Source of the DNA: a virus
Direction: 5' to 3' (one strand)
Length of the DNA: 64,000 bases
IMG/VR virus record: IMGVR_UViG_3300033143_002274
Span: 1-64,000 of that record
Shown: piece by piece, positions 7,358 to 17,765 of the stretch
Numbering within the stretch: the first letter of the stretch is position 1
Layout of the letters: every line of letters begins with the position of its first letter
Notes under the pieces: generated by a model
Seen by the model: only the letters and a program-made list of their open reading frames with translations
What the model was told of the DNA's origin: nothing
Database searches by the model: none
Made by a program: the position numbers and the translations under genes

Positions 7358-8109
7358 TATTTTATCCTCTTTCCGTTTCTCTTTGTTGGAAATTTTTTGA
7401 AACTCATTTTATCAAATCCCTTTTGGTTAATCATATCTTTGTCACTGATATTGATAATTTCCTTTTCGGTACAACCAAGTACCCCAAAGTAATACATTTC
7501 AAGTTCTTGATAGGCAGTGTAAGTATCAATCACCTTATGAAATTTAAGAACACCTAATGGTGGATTCACTTCAAACTTAAAACCATTTTTACCACTTGCA
7601 TATGATGTAAACGTCAGAGTGAACATAGGTGACTTAAGTTTGATAAACAACTCAGCAAATTTATCTGTCCCATGCCATTCATCCAAGTAACTTGAAATGT
7701 ACTTGTCACTGTCATCCCATCTACGCCACGAATACTTACTACTGTGGTCTGTGAAATAATACTCTTTAAACTTCTTATCTGTTATTTTGGTGTTGATGAA
7801 TTTACGATACTGATCAACAGTGTAGAATGTATCTTCCTGTAGTGTTATACATTTGGGTTTATCATAGGTGACTCTCAGTGCAGGGTATACCTTCCCACAA
7901 AATCCAACTATGGTGACTTCTGTTGTGAATGGTCTGCTTTGATTAGGAGAATACCGTAATATACCTTTGATGTTGTCCATCATGCTATTCGATATTTCAT
8001 TAAACGGAAGGACAACCTCAGATACATTTCTGACGAACACATCAGGATCATCACCGACATACTTCATCACTGAATCATAGTAATCATGATACTTAGATAT
8101 TATTCTCAT
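7357..8109 (-). CDS. hypothetical phage protein
   Basis: 250-aa ORF (MRIISKYHDYYD; VGFCGKVYP). Confidence 0.8.
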   Translation of the reverse strand: MRIISKYHDYYDSVMKYVGDDPDVFVRNVSEVVLPFNEISNSMMDNIKGILRYSPNQSRPFTTEVTIVGFCGKVYPALRVTYDKPKCITLQEDTFYTVDQYRKFINTKITDKKFKEYYFTDHSSKYSWRRWDDSDKYISSYLDEWHGTDKFAELFIKLKSPMFTLTFTSYASGKNGFKFEVNPPLGVLKFHKVIDTYTAYQELEMYYFGVLGCTEKEIINISDKDMINQKGFDKMSFKKFPTKRNGKRIK

Positions 8110-8294
8110 TTGTGAAATGCACTCTTAAGTTGACTTGTTAACATGGCAAGTGTTCTTCGTACAAAATTTTTGTCTTTTTCTGATTCATGTCGGTATTCAA
8201 AGTGATCATCAATACGATTTATCGCCTGTTCATATATGGTAAGGCGTGTTTCAATTTGCTTCAGGTATTTCTTTTCTGATTCAGTCACTTTCAA
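8106..8294 (-). CDS. hypothetical protein
   Basis: ATGA-coupled ORF. Confidence 0.65.
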   Translation of the reverse strand: MKVTESEKKYLKQIETRLTIYEQAINRIDDHFEYRHESEKDKNFVRRTLAMLTSQLKSAFHK

Positions 8295-8442
8295 TCCTTA
8301 CTGGTGTATTAAGACTTTCACAGTCTACACATTCATTTTGTTCTTCTTGTTCGAAGTAACAACCTGATGACAACACATCAGATAAATTTTTACAATTACA
8401 ACCGGACAATAACAGTAATACAAGTACCATAAAATATTTCAT
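8281..8442 (-). CDS. small putative lipoprotein
   Basis: MKYFMVLVLLLLSGC lipobox. Confidence 0.55.
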   Translation of the reverse strand: MKYFMVLVLLLLSGCNCKNLSDVLSSGCYFEQEEQNECVDCESLNTPVRIESD

Positions 8443-8621
8443 TCTTTTATACTCATAAGTAATACAATCAACGCAACTGGCAACCAAAAGATACCACCCA
8501 AAATACTTAGTATCACCCCAAGAATATATGAATCTGTGGTATTCATGCGATACACCCCAAACAACAATACCATTATGACAAGGGCAACGAAGCTGTAGAT
8601 AGATACGAAGAATAACATCAT
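8439..8621 (-). CDS. small 2-TM protein
   Basis: Hydrophobic coupled ORF. Confidence 0.6.
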   Translation of the reverse strand: MMLFFVSIYSFVALVIMVLLFGVYRMNTTDSYILGVILSILGGIFWLPVALIVLLMSIKE

Positions 8622-8983
8622 AACATATTGAACTCATATTTTGCTTTCATTTCAGATATAGTTTCAGCACACAATTTCCAATCACCTTCTTCATCTTTCC
8701 ATGTGTTTAAAAAAGTAGTATCTTCAAATACGTAATCTATGGCTTCAGCTAACATACCATATGGTATGTAATCATCCCATGTACGACTGTATTCTGGCTC
8801 TATTAATCTGCGGAAGTCATGACAATCTTTATGGAACTTAAAACTGGAAAAGCTACCATCCCACAATCCCTTAACATCGTAATACTTCTCACCTTTGATT
8901 ATAGGTGAATAACACTCAACACATTTATGAGTCTTACGTGCCTTACGTATAACCTCACTATAAAGTGTCGGCATTTCGCTCAC
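8618..8983 (-). CDS. hypothetical Zn-binding protein
   Basis: RKARKTHKCVEC...IIKGEKY...HKDC. Confidence 0.75.
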   Translation of the reverse strand: MSEMPTLYSEVIRKARKTHKCVECYSPIIKGEKYYDVKGLWDGSFSSFKFHKDCHDFRRLIEPEYSRTWDDYIPYGMLAEAIDYVFEDTTFLNTWKDEEGDWKLCAETISEMKAKYEFNML

Positions 8984-9309
8984 AATGCTTCATACATGTT
9001 TTTGTTGTCAGTGTAATTCCTGTTGAGTTCTTCAATCTTCAATCTGGTGTCATTAACGAATCTCATGTATTCATCATGCTGGTATGAAGTATACGTACCA
9101 TAACTCACCGTAATCTCGTAACCAGCACCCATCATGAAGCATGAGTAAACGCCCGGCAACGAGTTAAACATAGTCTGAACAATACTATGTATGTCCGTAT
9201 GTATTGTCAATCCTGATTCAAAATCAACCTGAAACATAATTTTAGATGCATAAGTAGGCATTAATATAGTGTCCTTTGTTAGTTTCAATTGACAATATAG
9301 CACACCCAT
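8980..9309 (-). CDS. hypothetical protein
   Basis: Coupled ORF. Confidence 0.65.
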   Translation of the reverse strand: MGVLYCQLKLTKDTILMPTYASKIMFQVDFESGLTIHTDIHSIVQTMFNSLPGVYSCFMMGAGYEITVSYGTYTSYQHDEYMRFVNDTRLKIEELNRNYTDNKNMYEAL

Positions 9310-9323
9310 TTATTTTAGGCAAC

Positions 9324-9353
9324 AAAAAAGGGATACCGAAGTATCCCTTTTTT
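9324..9353. terminator. bidirectional intrinsic terminator after the major capsid gene
   Basis: AAAAAAGGGATAC-CGAA-GTATCCCTTTTTT (TTCG loop on minus strand). Confidence 0.9.
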
Positions 9354-9387
9354 ATGTTACGTCCTTGTAACTTTTTTTAGTTAAGGA

Positions 9388-10563
9388 TTAAAATCCACCT
9401 AAAGAAAGGTTACTAACAACCGCACGACCATAGTAGTCAGCAGAGTTGTTTAAATCTACTGATGAATCGTCAAACTTAGTGAACGCATAACGAGTCATTA
9501 AGCCCATACGTGGGTCAAAAGTAGTTGGGTCTGTTACAACGCCAGACTGCATTAAAGGAATGTAAGGTGAATATACGAAACCAGTATCAATCTCACTTGA
9601 ACCTTTATAACCCATAAGGATTGTATCAGTTGTAGCATAGATGTCTACGAATACACGTATAGAACCATTGAACGTTCCTGCGAACAAAGTGCTTGAAGGT
9701 GATAAATCACTTGAAGCAGTTGCAGACACGAATGAACCGTTGTTTGCATGACGCATTGCAGTAAGGATGTTTTGTGAAATTACCATCCAAGTTGCTCCAC
9801 CACGTTTTGACTTGATAGCGATTTGTGCTGACAAGTCAGACATACCGATAGAAAGTGCAGTGAATTTTTCAGATGCATAACGACCATCAGCTAATGAGAA
9901 GTCAAAAGACTTAACAGTACCAGCTAATGCTGTAAGTTCGTTGATTAACTCACGGTCAAGTTCACGAATTATTTCGTCAGAAAGAGCAGCAACTAATTCT
10001 TTTTCGATGTCGATACCATGCATAGCTTTAGCATCTTGATCAGATTCGATAGTCCATTTAGCTTGTAACTTACGAGTCTTAGCTTCAATCGCTTTCTTGA
10101 TGATTTCTAAGTTCATTTCGTTACCGCCGTCAGATTCTAAGGCAAGTGTGATTTGTGCTTCGGTACGTGCATCAGATGCAGTGTACGCTTCGCCAGCAGC
10201 AATTCCAGAATACTTGTCATAAACAATTACACCAGATGCTTCATCATCAGCTACCGGGCCACCACCAGCAATAGTATTCGCATAACGAACACGTAATGAT
10301 GTGATTTGTCCAACAGGTTGAGTCATAGGTTGAGTTCCAACCAATTCCATTGCGATAGTCGCAGGAGTAACACGTCTGATAAGAGGCATTACTAATTTTT
10401 CTAAACGTGCAACATTACCAGTGCCAGTAACACCAGCAGCAGCAGTTTCAGTTAAATATTTTTTTTGGTTTTCAAGAAGAACTGAAGTTACTTGTGTTTG
10501 CTTGTCATTAAGACCTTCAAGCAATACGCCTTTCATTTCTTCCCAATTCTGTGTAGTACTCAT
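9388..10563 (-). CDS. gp23: major capsid protein (T4 gp23-like)
   Basis: PLIRRV, VGTQPM..P.G, AKTRKLQAKWTIE..QD..A.HG.D, YSPYIPL, DP.TF.P..G.MTRY. Confidence 0.97.
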   Translation of the reverse strand: MSTTQNWEEMKGVLLEGLNDKQTQVTSVLLENQKKYLTETAAAGVTGTGNVARLEKLVMPLIRRVTPATIAMELVGTQPMTQPVGQITSLRVRYANTIAGGGPVADDEASGVIVYDKYSGIAAGEAYTASDARTEAQITLALESDGGNEMNLEIIKKAIEAKTRKLQAKWTIESDQDAKAMHGIDIEKELVAALSDEIIRELDRELINELTALAGTVKSFDFSLADGRYASEKFTALSIGMSDLSAQIAIKSKRGGATWMVISQNILTAMRHANNGSFVSATASSDLSPSSTLFAGTFNGSIRVFVDIYATTDTILMGYKGSSEIDTGFVYSPYIPLMQSGVVTDPTTFDPRMGLMTRYAFTKFDDSSVDLNNSADYYGRAVVSNLSLGGF

Positions 10564-10624
10564 TATAATAATCTCCTAAGTAATTATCTTGTTTATAATT
10601 TTATTTATTAAAATTGTTATTTTA

Positions 10625-11395
10625 TTATGCAATTAATGTTTTTAAACGTGCTTTTTGAGCAGCTTTTTCAGCATCAACTGATTCTTCGATAACTACTTCG
10701 TTATCTTCGCTAACTGATTCTTTAAGTACAGAATCAATTGTTTCTTGGTAACGTTGATCTAAATTGTCAGTATCTACACTTTCAAGGATAGTTCGCATTA
10801 CATCTTTCTTACTACCAGCTAAATTACCGAGTAAACCTTCAAGAACTTTTTCACGTTTAAATTCGATAACAGCAGATTCGCTTTCACTTAAAGCTGCTAC
10901 TGATGCTTCAAGTTTGTCTTGGATAGATTTCATATCTTCAGACACACCTAACTTATCAAAAGTAGATTTGAATGATTCATATAACTTCATACCAAAGTTG
11001 TTTTGTTTTGCTTCTAAAAGGTCATCATGTAATTCAGAAATTTCTTCTTTGACATGAGACTCAACTAAACCTTCGAAACTTTCAGAAAGTGTCTTAGCAT
11101 ATTGAACTTTGAATTCTTCAAGTTTCTTAGCATAAGTAGGTTCGATTGTTTTGTAGTGGTTAATATCTTCTTTCAGTTCAGCAATTTCTTGAGTTACTGC
11201 TTCATTGATAAGGTCAGTCATTTTAGCTAAAATGTCTTTCTTTTCAGTTAACATTTTCTTAGCATATTCAACTTCAAGTTGACCCTTTGCTTCTGTAATT
11301 GATTCTTCTTTGAAAGAGTTGATTGCTTCTTCCAATGCCACTTTTGTGTCATCGTTTAGTAATTCACTTTCAAGTAATTTTTTAAATGCGCTCAT
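10625..11395 (-). CDS. gp22: prohead core scaffold (gp22-like)
   Basis: Acidic coiled-coil, between protease and capsid genes. Confidence 0.85.
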   Translation of the reverse strand: MSAFKKLLESELLNDDTKVALEEAINSFKEESITEAKGQLEVEYAKKMLTEKKDILAKMTDLINEAVTQEIAELKEDINHYKTIEPTYAKKLEEFKVQYAKTLSESFEGLVESHVKEEISELHDDLLEAKQNNFGMKLYESFKSTFDKLGVSEDMKSIQDKLEASVAALSESESAVIEFKREKVLEGLLGNLAGSKKDVMRTILESVDTDNLDQRYQETIDSVLKESVSEDNEVVIEESVDAEKAAQKARLKTLIA

Positions 11396-11508
11396 TTGTA
11401 ATTCTCCAAAATATATTTTGTTATGTTATTATTTATATTACTTTAGGTTTTTGGGAGCAATGTTGTACTTAAATGACAACAAGTCACCACTTTCACCCTT
11501 ACCAGCTT

Positions 11509-11907
11509 TTATGTGAAATCCAGAATCTTTTCTAACTCAGTTGATTTAGATTTGATGTCTGCTGACAACTTGCTGATTGATTTGATTTGTTTTTCGGATG
11601 CTTCTTTTGAACTTTTGATTGTTGACATTAACTGGTCACGCTTCTTAACAAGTTTCAATATTGAATCATAAAGTGTACGCTGCTTACCTTTTGCGAATAT
11701 GGTAGCTACTCCACCCATGTACACTCCGTAAAGCGCACCTGATATGATTGCCAGAGGTAATGCTCCTGCTCCACCTATTGCAGTTAATGCAGCGTAAGAT
11801 GTTATGGTTGCACCAATCCCCAATATAGAACCTACTATTTTGAATACTTTGGATCTGGATGCTTCATCAAGTTGTTCTTCATATTCGTTAAGTTGTTGTA
11901 ACTTCAT
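11509..11907 (-). CDS. putative internal head protein with Gly-rich hydrophobic hairpin
   Basis: MKLQQLNE...LDEA N-terminus; head module. Confidence 0.6.
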   Translation of the reverse strand: MKLQQLNEYEEQLDEASRSKVFKIVGSILGIGATITSYAALTAIGGAGALPLAIISGALYGVYMGGVATIFAKGKQRTLYDSILKLVKKRDQLMSTIKSSKEASEKQIKSISKLSADIKSKSTELEKILDFT

Positions 11908-12204
11908 TTAGAATGCACCATGAAATGCTTTGAATTTGACACCCATACGTTTCTTGGCAAGATTCATCATCTTTTTCATGATGGCAGAACGACCACCCAT
12001 TAATTCCGGTGGCATATGACCTAACTTGTTGTGCTTGCTTATGATAACTTCCATTCTGTTAATCAGATCTTTTACCTGACTGTCATTACCTAACATCTTA
12101 AGACCAGCAAGTATTGAACCATTATGGTCATTGTTATCAGTTAACTGAGCAATCGCCTTAATGTTCTTGTCTATGCTACCTGCTTCTATCTGACTGAGTT
12201 TCAT
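11908..12204 (-). CDS. putative internal head protein
   Basis: MKLSQIEA N-terminus; head module. Confidence 0.6.
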   Translation of the reverse strand: MKLSQIEAGSIDKNIKAIAQLTDNNDHNGSILAGLKMLGNDSQVKDLINRMEVIISKHNKLGHMPPELMGGRSAIMKKMMNLAKKRMGVKFKAFHGAF

Positions 12205-12815
12205 TTGAATGATTTTCCGATGAACTTAATCAGTTCTTTCTCGAAAAACTTCTGTGCAGATTTGTCATGTAGTACAGCATCAGATAAATCTTCAATGATG
12301 TATCCGCGTTTGTACATGTCGAGTGCTTCAGTGATACTTTGTGGGTATGCATTAATTGCGCTTGGATTGGCAACGATGTCTACTGTGATGAAGTTAAACC
12401 CTTCAACGATTCCAGTGTCTTCATTAACCTGACCTGATCCACGACTTGATACTCCAAGTTGTACACCTTCTTTGACTAAACCTTTTGCGATTTGACCTTT
12501 GGGAGTACTTTCCATGATTTGTGCTTTACCAATGGCATTGTTACCACTCATTTGCATTTCAAGGATTTTATGAGATACTTCAGACAGACTTACAACTAAG
12601 TCTTGAGGATGGTCTAATTGACCAAGTATATGCCGCCCAGCAGTAGCAGCTTCGTTAACTTGTTTAACTGCTTTTTCTATTTCAGGTTTGGCGTACACTC
12701 TGCCATTACGGTTTTTTTGTTCTGATTCCATAAAGATACCACTGAGGTACATCTTCTTAGATTCAGTGTTTGCTTCACAGATTATTCCGTTAAAATTTTC
12801 TTCTATTAAGATCAT
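12201..12815 (-). CDS. gp21: prohead protease (gp21-like)
   Basis: NRNGRVY, GQLDHP, VSH, TPKG, LGVSSRGSG, DIVANPS. Confidence 0.97.
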   Translation of the reverse strand: MILIEENFNGIICEANTESKKMYLSGIFMESEQKNRNGRVYAKPEIEKAVKQVNEAATAGRHILGQLDHPQDLVVSLSEVSHKILEMQMSGNNAIGKAQIMESTPKGQIAKGLVKEGVQLGVSSRGSGQVNEDTGIVEGFNFITVDIVANPSAINAYPQSITEALDMYKRGYIIEDLSDAVLHDKSAQKFFEKELIKFIGKSFK

Positions 12816-12872
12816 GTTAAATTCCTATAAGTCTTCATTGTATTTATAAGACTTACAGGAATATTAGAAGGA

Positions 12873-13142
12873 TTAGTCTTCTGGTGGGACTACATCATCA
12901 TCTGGTGCAGGTGTTTCTGGCGTACCATTAACCACATCAGATACTGTTTTGATTACTTGATCTTGAATGGATTGCTTAACTGCATCCATATCACCAGCTA
13001 CAAATTGATCAACAATTGATAATTCTGGTTCTGGATCTGGTTCAGGGGGTAGATCGTCATCTGGTGCAGGGGTTATATCATCAAGATTATCTAAATCACC
13101 TAACAGATCGTCTTTTTTCTTATCATCTTTCTTTGGTGGCAT
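12873..13142 (-). CDS. acidic prohead core-like protein
   Basis: Asp/Pro-rich, between portal and protease. Confidence 0.55.
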   Translation of the reverse strand: MPPKKDDKKKDDLLGDLDNLDDITPAPDDDLPPEPDPEPELSIVDQFVAGDMDAVKQSIQDQVIKTVSDVVNGTPETPAPDDDVVPPED

Positions 13143-13154
13143 TGCGTTTCTCCT

Positions 13155-13421
13155 TTATTTTTTAAAAACTAATATGCTCCAATCCCAATAATCATTTGCT
13201 ATCAGGATGCTATCTGCGTTATCAACAGATTTAATCTTATTTATAATCTTTCTTAGCACACCCACCCCACGATTTCTCCAAGGGATGATTTGCATGATGT
13301 CTCCTGTTGTTGACATAACATAGAATGATAATGAACTGTTGACTGCACCTTTGAATTTCATTTCTTTGGTTGCACCCTCATTAAGTTCTTGTCTGAGAAC
13401 ATTTACTTTAATGGTGAACAT
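13155..13421 (-). CDS. hypothetical protein
   Basis: Coupled ORF. Confidence 0.6.
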   Translation of the reverse strand: MFTIKVNVLRQELNEGATKEMKFKGAVNSSLSFYVMSTTGDIMQIIPWRNRGVGVLRKIINKIKSVDNADSILIANDYWDWSILVFKK

Positions 13422-13909
13422 TATTTTTTAACTTTCTTTTGTAATTCAGCTATTTTCTTATCGCGTTTGGTTTTTTCTTTCTTGTAAAAATCTTCTGCTT
13501 TCTTTATCTTATCTTTAATTTTAGATTTGGCGTTATTGTCACTGGCCTTTGTTAGTTTGTTTTTTAGTTTGGTCAGTGTTTTTTTAAGCACTTCTTCTTC
13601 TGACTTATTAGTTGCTTCCAGTTTTTTAAGTTGTGCTGGATCACTCTTACCTGCACCAACCTTCCCACCAATTACAGCACCAGCAACCCCAGTAGGACTT
13701 GCAACTGCACTAATAGCACCAGCAACCCCACCAATACCAGTACCAATACCAGTAGCAGCACCCATAGCAGCACCAATCGCACCACCAGCAGTAGCAACAG
13801 TTAGTACACCTAAACCAACACCTAATGCTATACCTGCTGCTTTAGATAATTCATCTAACTTTTCATATTCTTCTGTTAGCAGTTCTTCAAAGTTTTTGTT
13901 ATTTTTCAT
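13421..13909 (-). CDS. glycine-zipper, Lys-rich putative internal protein
   Basis: Start placed at MKNNKNFEELLTEE; GxxxG repeats followed by a basic helix. Confidence 0.7.
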   Translation of the reverse strand: MKNNKNFEELLTEEYEKLDELSKAAGIALGVGLGVLTVATAGGAIGAAMGAATGIGTGIGGVAGAISAVASPTGVAGAVIGGKVGAGKSDPAQLKKLEATNKSEEEVLKKTLTKLKNKLTKASDNNAKSKIKDKIKKAEDFYKKEKTKRDKKIAELQKKVKK

Positions 13910-15521
13910 TAGCCGGTACACTCCCTGTACTACTAGTTTCAGCAGGTGCAGATTCTTCAGCACCATCTTCTTCAGCCGCGCCAGCTTGTAGCGCAGTTGG
14001 AACAACATCACCAGTTTTGGTTAATTCTACTTCAATCCAATTACGTGCAGCTTCACCATCACCATATAAAAGATTCATTCGCATTTCTTCTGGCATACCG
14101 TTTACATCTTTTTCACTTAATCCCATTTCCATCAGTTTAGAACCTTCGTTCTCAACAATTTCATCTTCTTCCATCTGTAAATATTTCTTCATTGCTTCAC
14201 GTTTAGATATAGATTCCATACCTTCAGCAGATGAATATGCATTCAACAGAATGGTGTGTAATTCGTTTTGCTTATAGATAGCAAATGATTGTGGTGGTGC
14301 AATACTAAATTCTAAATCATCAGGTAATTCTGTTCCAAATTTCTTAGAGAACTTACGGAAGTTTGTAAAGATTTCTTTAGATATAAATTTCTGTAGACGT
14401 TTGACATACCCTGCATAACGTAGTTCAGCAATGTATGCTGTTCCTAATCTGCCATCATTGTTTTGTGCGCCTGATTCATTATCAGCAAAACTATCAAGGT
14501 ATGATGGTGGTATACGCATTGCCAATGCAAGTTTCTTATTGAAGAATTGCATGTCTTCTATTCGTCCCAGATTATCACCGCCCGGCAATGTCTCAACACG
14601 TGATCCACGACCTTCACCAGACTGAGCAAGGAAATAATCTTCTTGTGTTGATGCAGGATTGTAATCAGATTCAACCTGACCATTAGTAACAACCTGACGT
14701 TGACGCATTTTGTTCTTAACTTTTTCAATGTATGTTTCGGCTTTGTGTGCTGGCATCTTACCAATGTCAATGTAGAATACTCTACGTTCAGGAGCACGAA
14801 CAATCCTGTAGATAACAACAGCATCTTCAAGTAATTGTAATTGTTTCCATACACGATATACTTTCTCAAGTATTGATTCACCCATAGGAGCATCACATGT
14901 TTTAAGTATCATTAATTTCTTGGCAGGAATCTTTTCTAATTCTGTTGCGGCATTTGTTCTTGTTTGAGTTTTTGGTTTGAAAATTTCAGTGCCATTATCT
15001 GTCTTGTATGCACCTTCTCTGTCATATAAATAGAATTCAACTTTTTCATCGTCTTTCTTATCTAACATGTACCCTTTGATTCTGTCAGTCTTAAGTTTAG
15101 CTAAAGACCCATCAGCTTTTGATTCAAACAACACAATGCCATACTTCAACATTTCTCTGGCGTAATTATAGAATTTGTAATCAAGTTGAGTTTTCTTTTC
15201 CCAGATGTCTAACGTCTTATTGATAGTTTTCAATTGAGTTTCTTTGACATCATCTTCAAATCCAAGTTCGAATAACGAATCATCATCAGCATTCTCAGAT
15301 GAAATATCTTCTGCAATGATGTCAAGGGCGCGTGTGATATCGGTTGTCATGTCCATGTTACGGTATTTGTTGATACGTTCATCCCATTGACCACCAAACT
15401 CAACTAAGTTGTTATACCAAGAGTTGTTTCCTGTGGCAGATGACGCAGCAGGACTGTATGAACCTGAAGTTTTTACACCACCAGATACCGGACGCCATGT
15501 TCTTTCGAAATATGTAGACAT
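13899..15521 (-). CDS. gp20: portal protein (gp20-like)
   Basis: QLLEDAVVIYRIVRAPERRVFYIDIG, EDYFL, VETLPGG.NLG. Confidence 0.97.
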   Translation of the reverse strand: MSTYFERTWRPVSGGVKTSGSYSPAASSATGNNSWYNNLVEFGGQWDERINKYRNMDMTTDITRALDIIAEDISSENADDDSLFELGFEDDVKETQLKTINKTLDIWEKKTQLDYKFYNYAREMLKYGIVLFESKADGSLAKLKTDRIKGYMLDKKDDEKVEFYLYDREGAYKTDNGTEIFKPKTQTRTNAATELEKIPAKKLMILKTCDAPMGESILEKVYRVWKQLQLLEDAVVIYRIVRAPERRVFYIDIGKMPAHKAETYIEKVKNKMRQRQVVTNGQVESDYNPASTQEDYFLAQSGEGRGSRVETLPGGDNLGRIEDMQFFNKKLALAMRIPPSYLDSFADNESGAQNNDGRLGTAYIAELRYAGYVKRLQKFISKEIFTNFRKFSKKFGTELPDDLEFSIAPPQSFAIYKQNELHTILLNAYSSAEGMESISKREAMKKYLQMEEDEIVENEGSKLMEMGLSEKDVNGMPEEMRMNLLYGDGEAARNWIEVELTKTGDVVPTALQAGAAEEDGAEESAPAETSSTGSVPANEK

Positions 15522-15547
15522 TAATAATTCCTATTGTTATAACTTAT

Positions 15548-16366
15548 TTATCTACGATTACTTTCGATAGATTTGATCAAGTCATGACTGATTGCTTTGT
15601 TTGACATTGATGGATAACTGTTGACCTCAAGTACAATCAAATGGTTATCTTTAATTAGTTCATCATGGTTCTTAATTCGTCCAATGAGTTTGGTTGCTTT
15701 ACTGGCAGTGAATCCCATGATACTTTCACCCATAACCATATCGTCAATTTGACCAGCAGATACTACTGCCACATCAACACCACTCAACCCATACCCAAGA
15801 ATTTCAGTTGCCTTAATTGCAATCTCAGCAACTGCTGATCCAACTGCTGAACTTTGGGATATCTGACTGATAGAAACATTCGCACCTGATTTCTTATAGA
15901 TACCAGATACATGGTACTGACCATTCATATAATAGACGATGACCCTAAATTCAGCTTCGATGTCAACCAAATGTTGAAAGATGTAATCTTCTGGGTTATC
16001 AGGAAGTTTGTTAATGAGTTGCCCTTGTTGTCTCATTCCGGTCTTACGTTTGGCAATCATTCTGTTGATGTCAACTTTGATGGCATCAGTGTACGTCTTA
16101 AGGGTATTCACTTTCTTTTTGAGTTTGTTGTATTGTTGTGCTTTATCAAAGTATCTGTTACCAACAAACACAACGTTGTTTGCTGGTGGTATTGTGTTCC
16201 TGCCAAATTCAATGAATACAGTATCAGGTGAATAGAATTCTTCTGGATCAAATATTTCAACTGAACTTGATCTCTTGACCAACTTGGGTACGGTAGTCTT
16301 GAATGCACCAGTTGCTCTGTCTAATCCTTTGACGATGATTGCTTCGAATAAGTTAGTTAGTTTCAT
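15548..16366 (-). CDS. ATP-grasp (RimK-like) ligase
   Basis: DKAQQY, YIFQ...EFRV, SGVDV, VLEVNSYP. Confidence 0.75.
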   Translation of the reverse strand: MKLTNLFEAIIVKGLDRATGAFKTTVPKLVKRSSSVEIFDPEEFYSPDTVFIEFGRNTIPPANNVVFVGNRYFDKAQQYNKLKKKVNTLKTYTDAIKVDINRMIAKRKTGMRQQGQLINKLPDNPEDYIFQHLVDIEAEFRVIVYYMNGQYHVSGIYKKSGANVSISQISQSSAVGSAVAEIAIKATEILGYGLSGVDVAVVSAGQIDDMVMGESIMGFTASKATKLIGRIKNHDELIKDNHLIVLEVNSYPSMSNKAISHDLIKSIESNRR

Positions 16367-16890
16367 TTTGGAATGATGCCATATAGTGAATGACGTTTTG
16401 CGTAATAAGTTAATTGTTTACTGGTGGGTGAATCATGTTTAGAACTTTCACTAAAATCACTGACACCATACCATTCACTGACACCCATCTTCTTCCAGAA
16501 GGACAGTGCAGAAGGTTTAATATCAAATATCTTCAGATCACCCTTGACGGTTTTCATCAATGATTTGATAATCATCTTTCCATAACCACCCTTACGAAAT
16601 TTAGGTTTCAACATGATGTTTACCAGACCATCAATCTCACCATTACTGTCTTTGACAAACACTTCAATGAATCCACGTTCATGTTCGTTTTGTTTTTCCT
16701 GAAATTCTTCTTTGGATAATCCCTTTATGTCATATACTATATATTTCAATCTGGTATGGTCTGCATCACTATTACCTGAACGTGTGCCACCTGCTAACAA
16801 GATGTCATCATTCTGATATGAGGTCATACCCATACCATGTTCTGCTTTTTCTAATTTGGCAATTGCCTCAAACAGTTGAACGAGAATCAT
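16363..16890 (-). CDS. GNAT-like acetyltransferase
   Basis: KFRKGGYGK acetyl-CoA loop, ALSFWKKMG. Confidence 0.75.
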   Translation of the reverse strand: MILVQLFEAIAKLEKAEHGMGMTSYQNDDILLAGGTRSGNSDADHTRLKYIVYDIKGLSKEEFQEKQNEHERGFIEVFVKDSNGEIDGLVNIMLKPKFRKGGYGKMIIKSLMKTVKGDLKIFDIKPSALSFWKKMGVSEWYGVSDFSESSKHDSPTSKQLTYYAKRHSLYGIIPK

Positions 16891-17450
16891 TAGAATTCCT
16901 TAATGACGTATTCATCAAAATATAAACTGATAATTTCTTTTGCTTCTTCACTCTTTCCAATCATCCATACATATAATTTGTTGTTGGTGAATGGTGATTT
17001 GATATGCAGGAACAAAGTTGACTTGGAATCTCTGTCAAGTAACTTGTTAATTTTCTTGTTCTTAACGTCTGTGGTCATGAATACTGCATCAAATGTCTTA
17101 ACACGTTTCAATGCTGCTTTATATAATTTAAGGACGTTAGGTAAGCTGCTGTGTTCTTTGGCAAGCATAAGATATCCCATTTCAGCAAGACTCGAACCTT
17201 CTTCATCTTTCAGCACCTTAAGACCAATACTTCCAACCATCTGATCAGAACCTTTGATGAACAATCCCCATAACCGTCCTCTGCTTCCCAATCTTTTGAT
17301 CAGACGTGCTGGTGTTAATTTCCACATCAATGTACCTGCTTCATTATAGAAATCAGAGAACATTTGTAATCCTGCTTTGTCTGAAATCTTAATGGGACGG
17401 ACTTCATATTGTTCTGATGCTTCTGTTACTATTGTTTGTTCAAATTTCAT
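16890..17450 (-). CDS. divergent GNAT-like protein
   Basis: MVGSIGLK...AEMGYLML...N..INKLL pattern. Confidence 0.5.
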   Translation of the reverse strand: MKFEQTIVTEASEQYEVRPIKISDKAGLQMFSDFYNEAGTLMWKLTPARLIKRLGSRGRLWGLFIKGSDQMVGSIGLKVLKDEEGSSLAEMGYLMLAKEHSSLPNVLKLYKAALKRVKTFDAVFMTTDVKNKKINKLLDRDSKSTLFLHIKSPFTNNKLYVWMIGKSEEAKEIISLYFDEYVIKEF

Positions 17451-17755
17451 TAGTGACTGTTCCTTATTGCGACTAATTGTGCTTTGTATCTGTCAAGCAT
17501 TGCACGTTCTAATGGTGATGCTTTGCCACTGTTCACTTTAAATTGTAGTGAAAATATCTTGTTCTCAAGTTTGGTGATGCTTTTGTTTTTCTCAATTGCT
17601 TTGTAATCAGCAACATGCATGTACCTTGAATCTATTGTAATTGCTGCTTCAGCTATACCCCAGATGCCACCACTGATTGCGGTAAATGCACCTATAACCA
17701 ACATAATCTTTTTCAGATTGATGTTCATTGTAAATTGTACGTTATTATCTGGCAT
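17450..17755 (-). CDS. membrane-anchored hypothetical protein
   Basis: Single TM then coiled coil. Confidence 0.7.
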   Translation of the reverse strand: MPDNNVQFTMNINLKKIMLVIGAFTAISGGIWGIAEAAITIDSRYMHVADYKAIEKNKSITKLENKIFSLQFKVNSGKASPLERAMLDRYKAQLVAIRNSH

Positions 17756-17765
17756 ATCCTTATCC

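Noticed and set aside
13910-14011. Extended starts given by the ORF track (14011, 18556, 31171, 45491, 55907, 59972, 60753)
   Set aside because: They overlap neighbouring genes, promoters or terminators; downstream ATGs fit the SD or leaderless pattern better.
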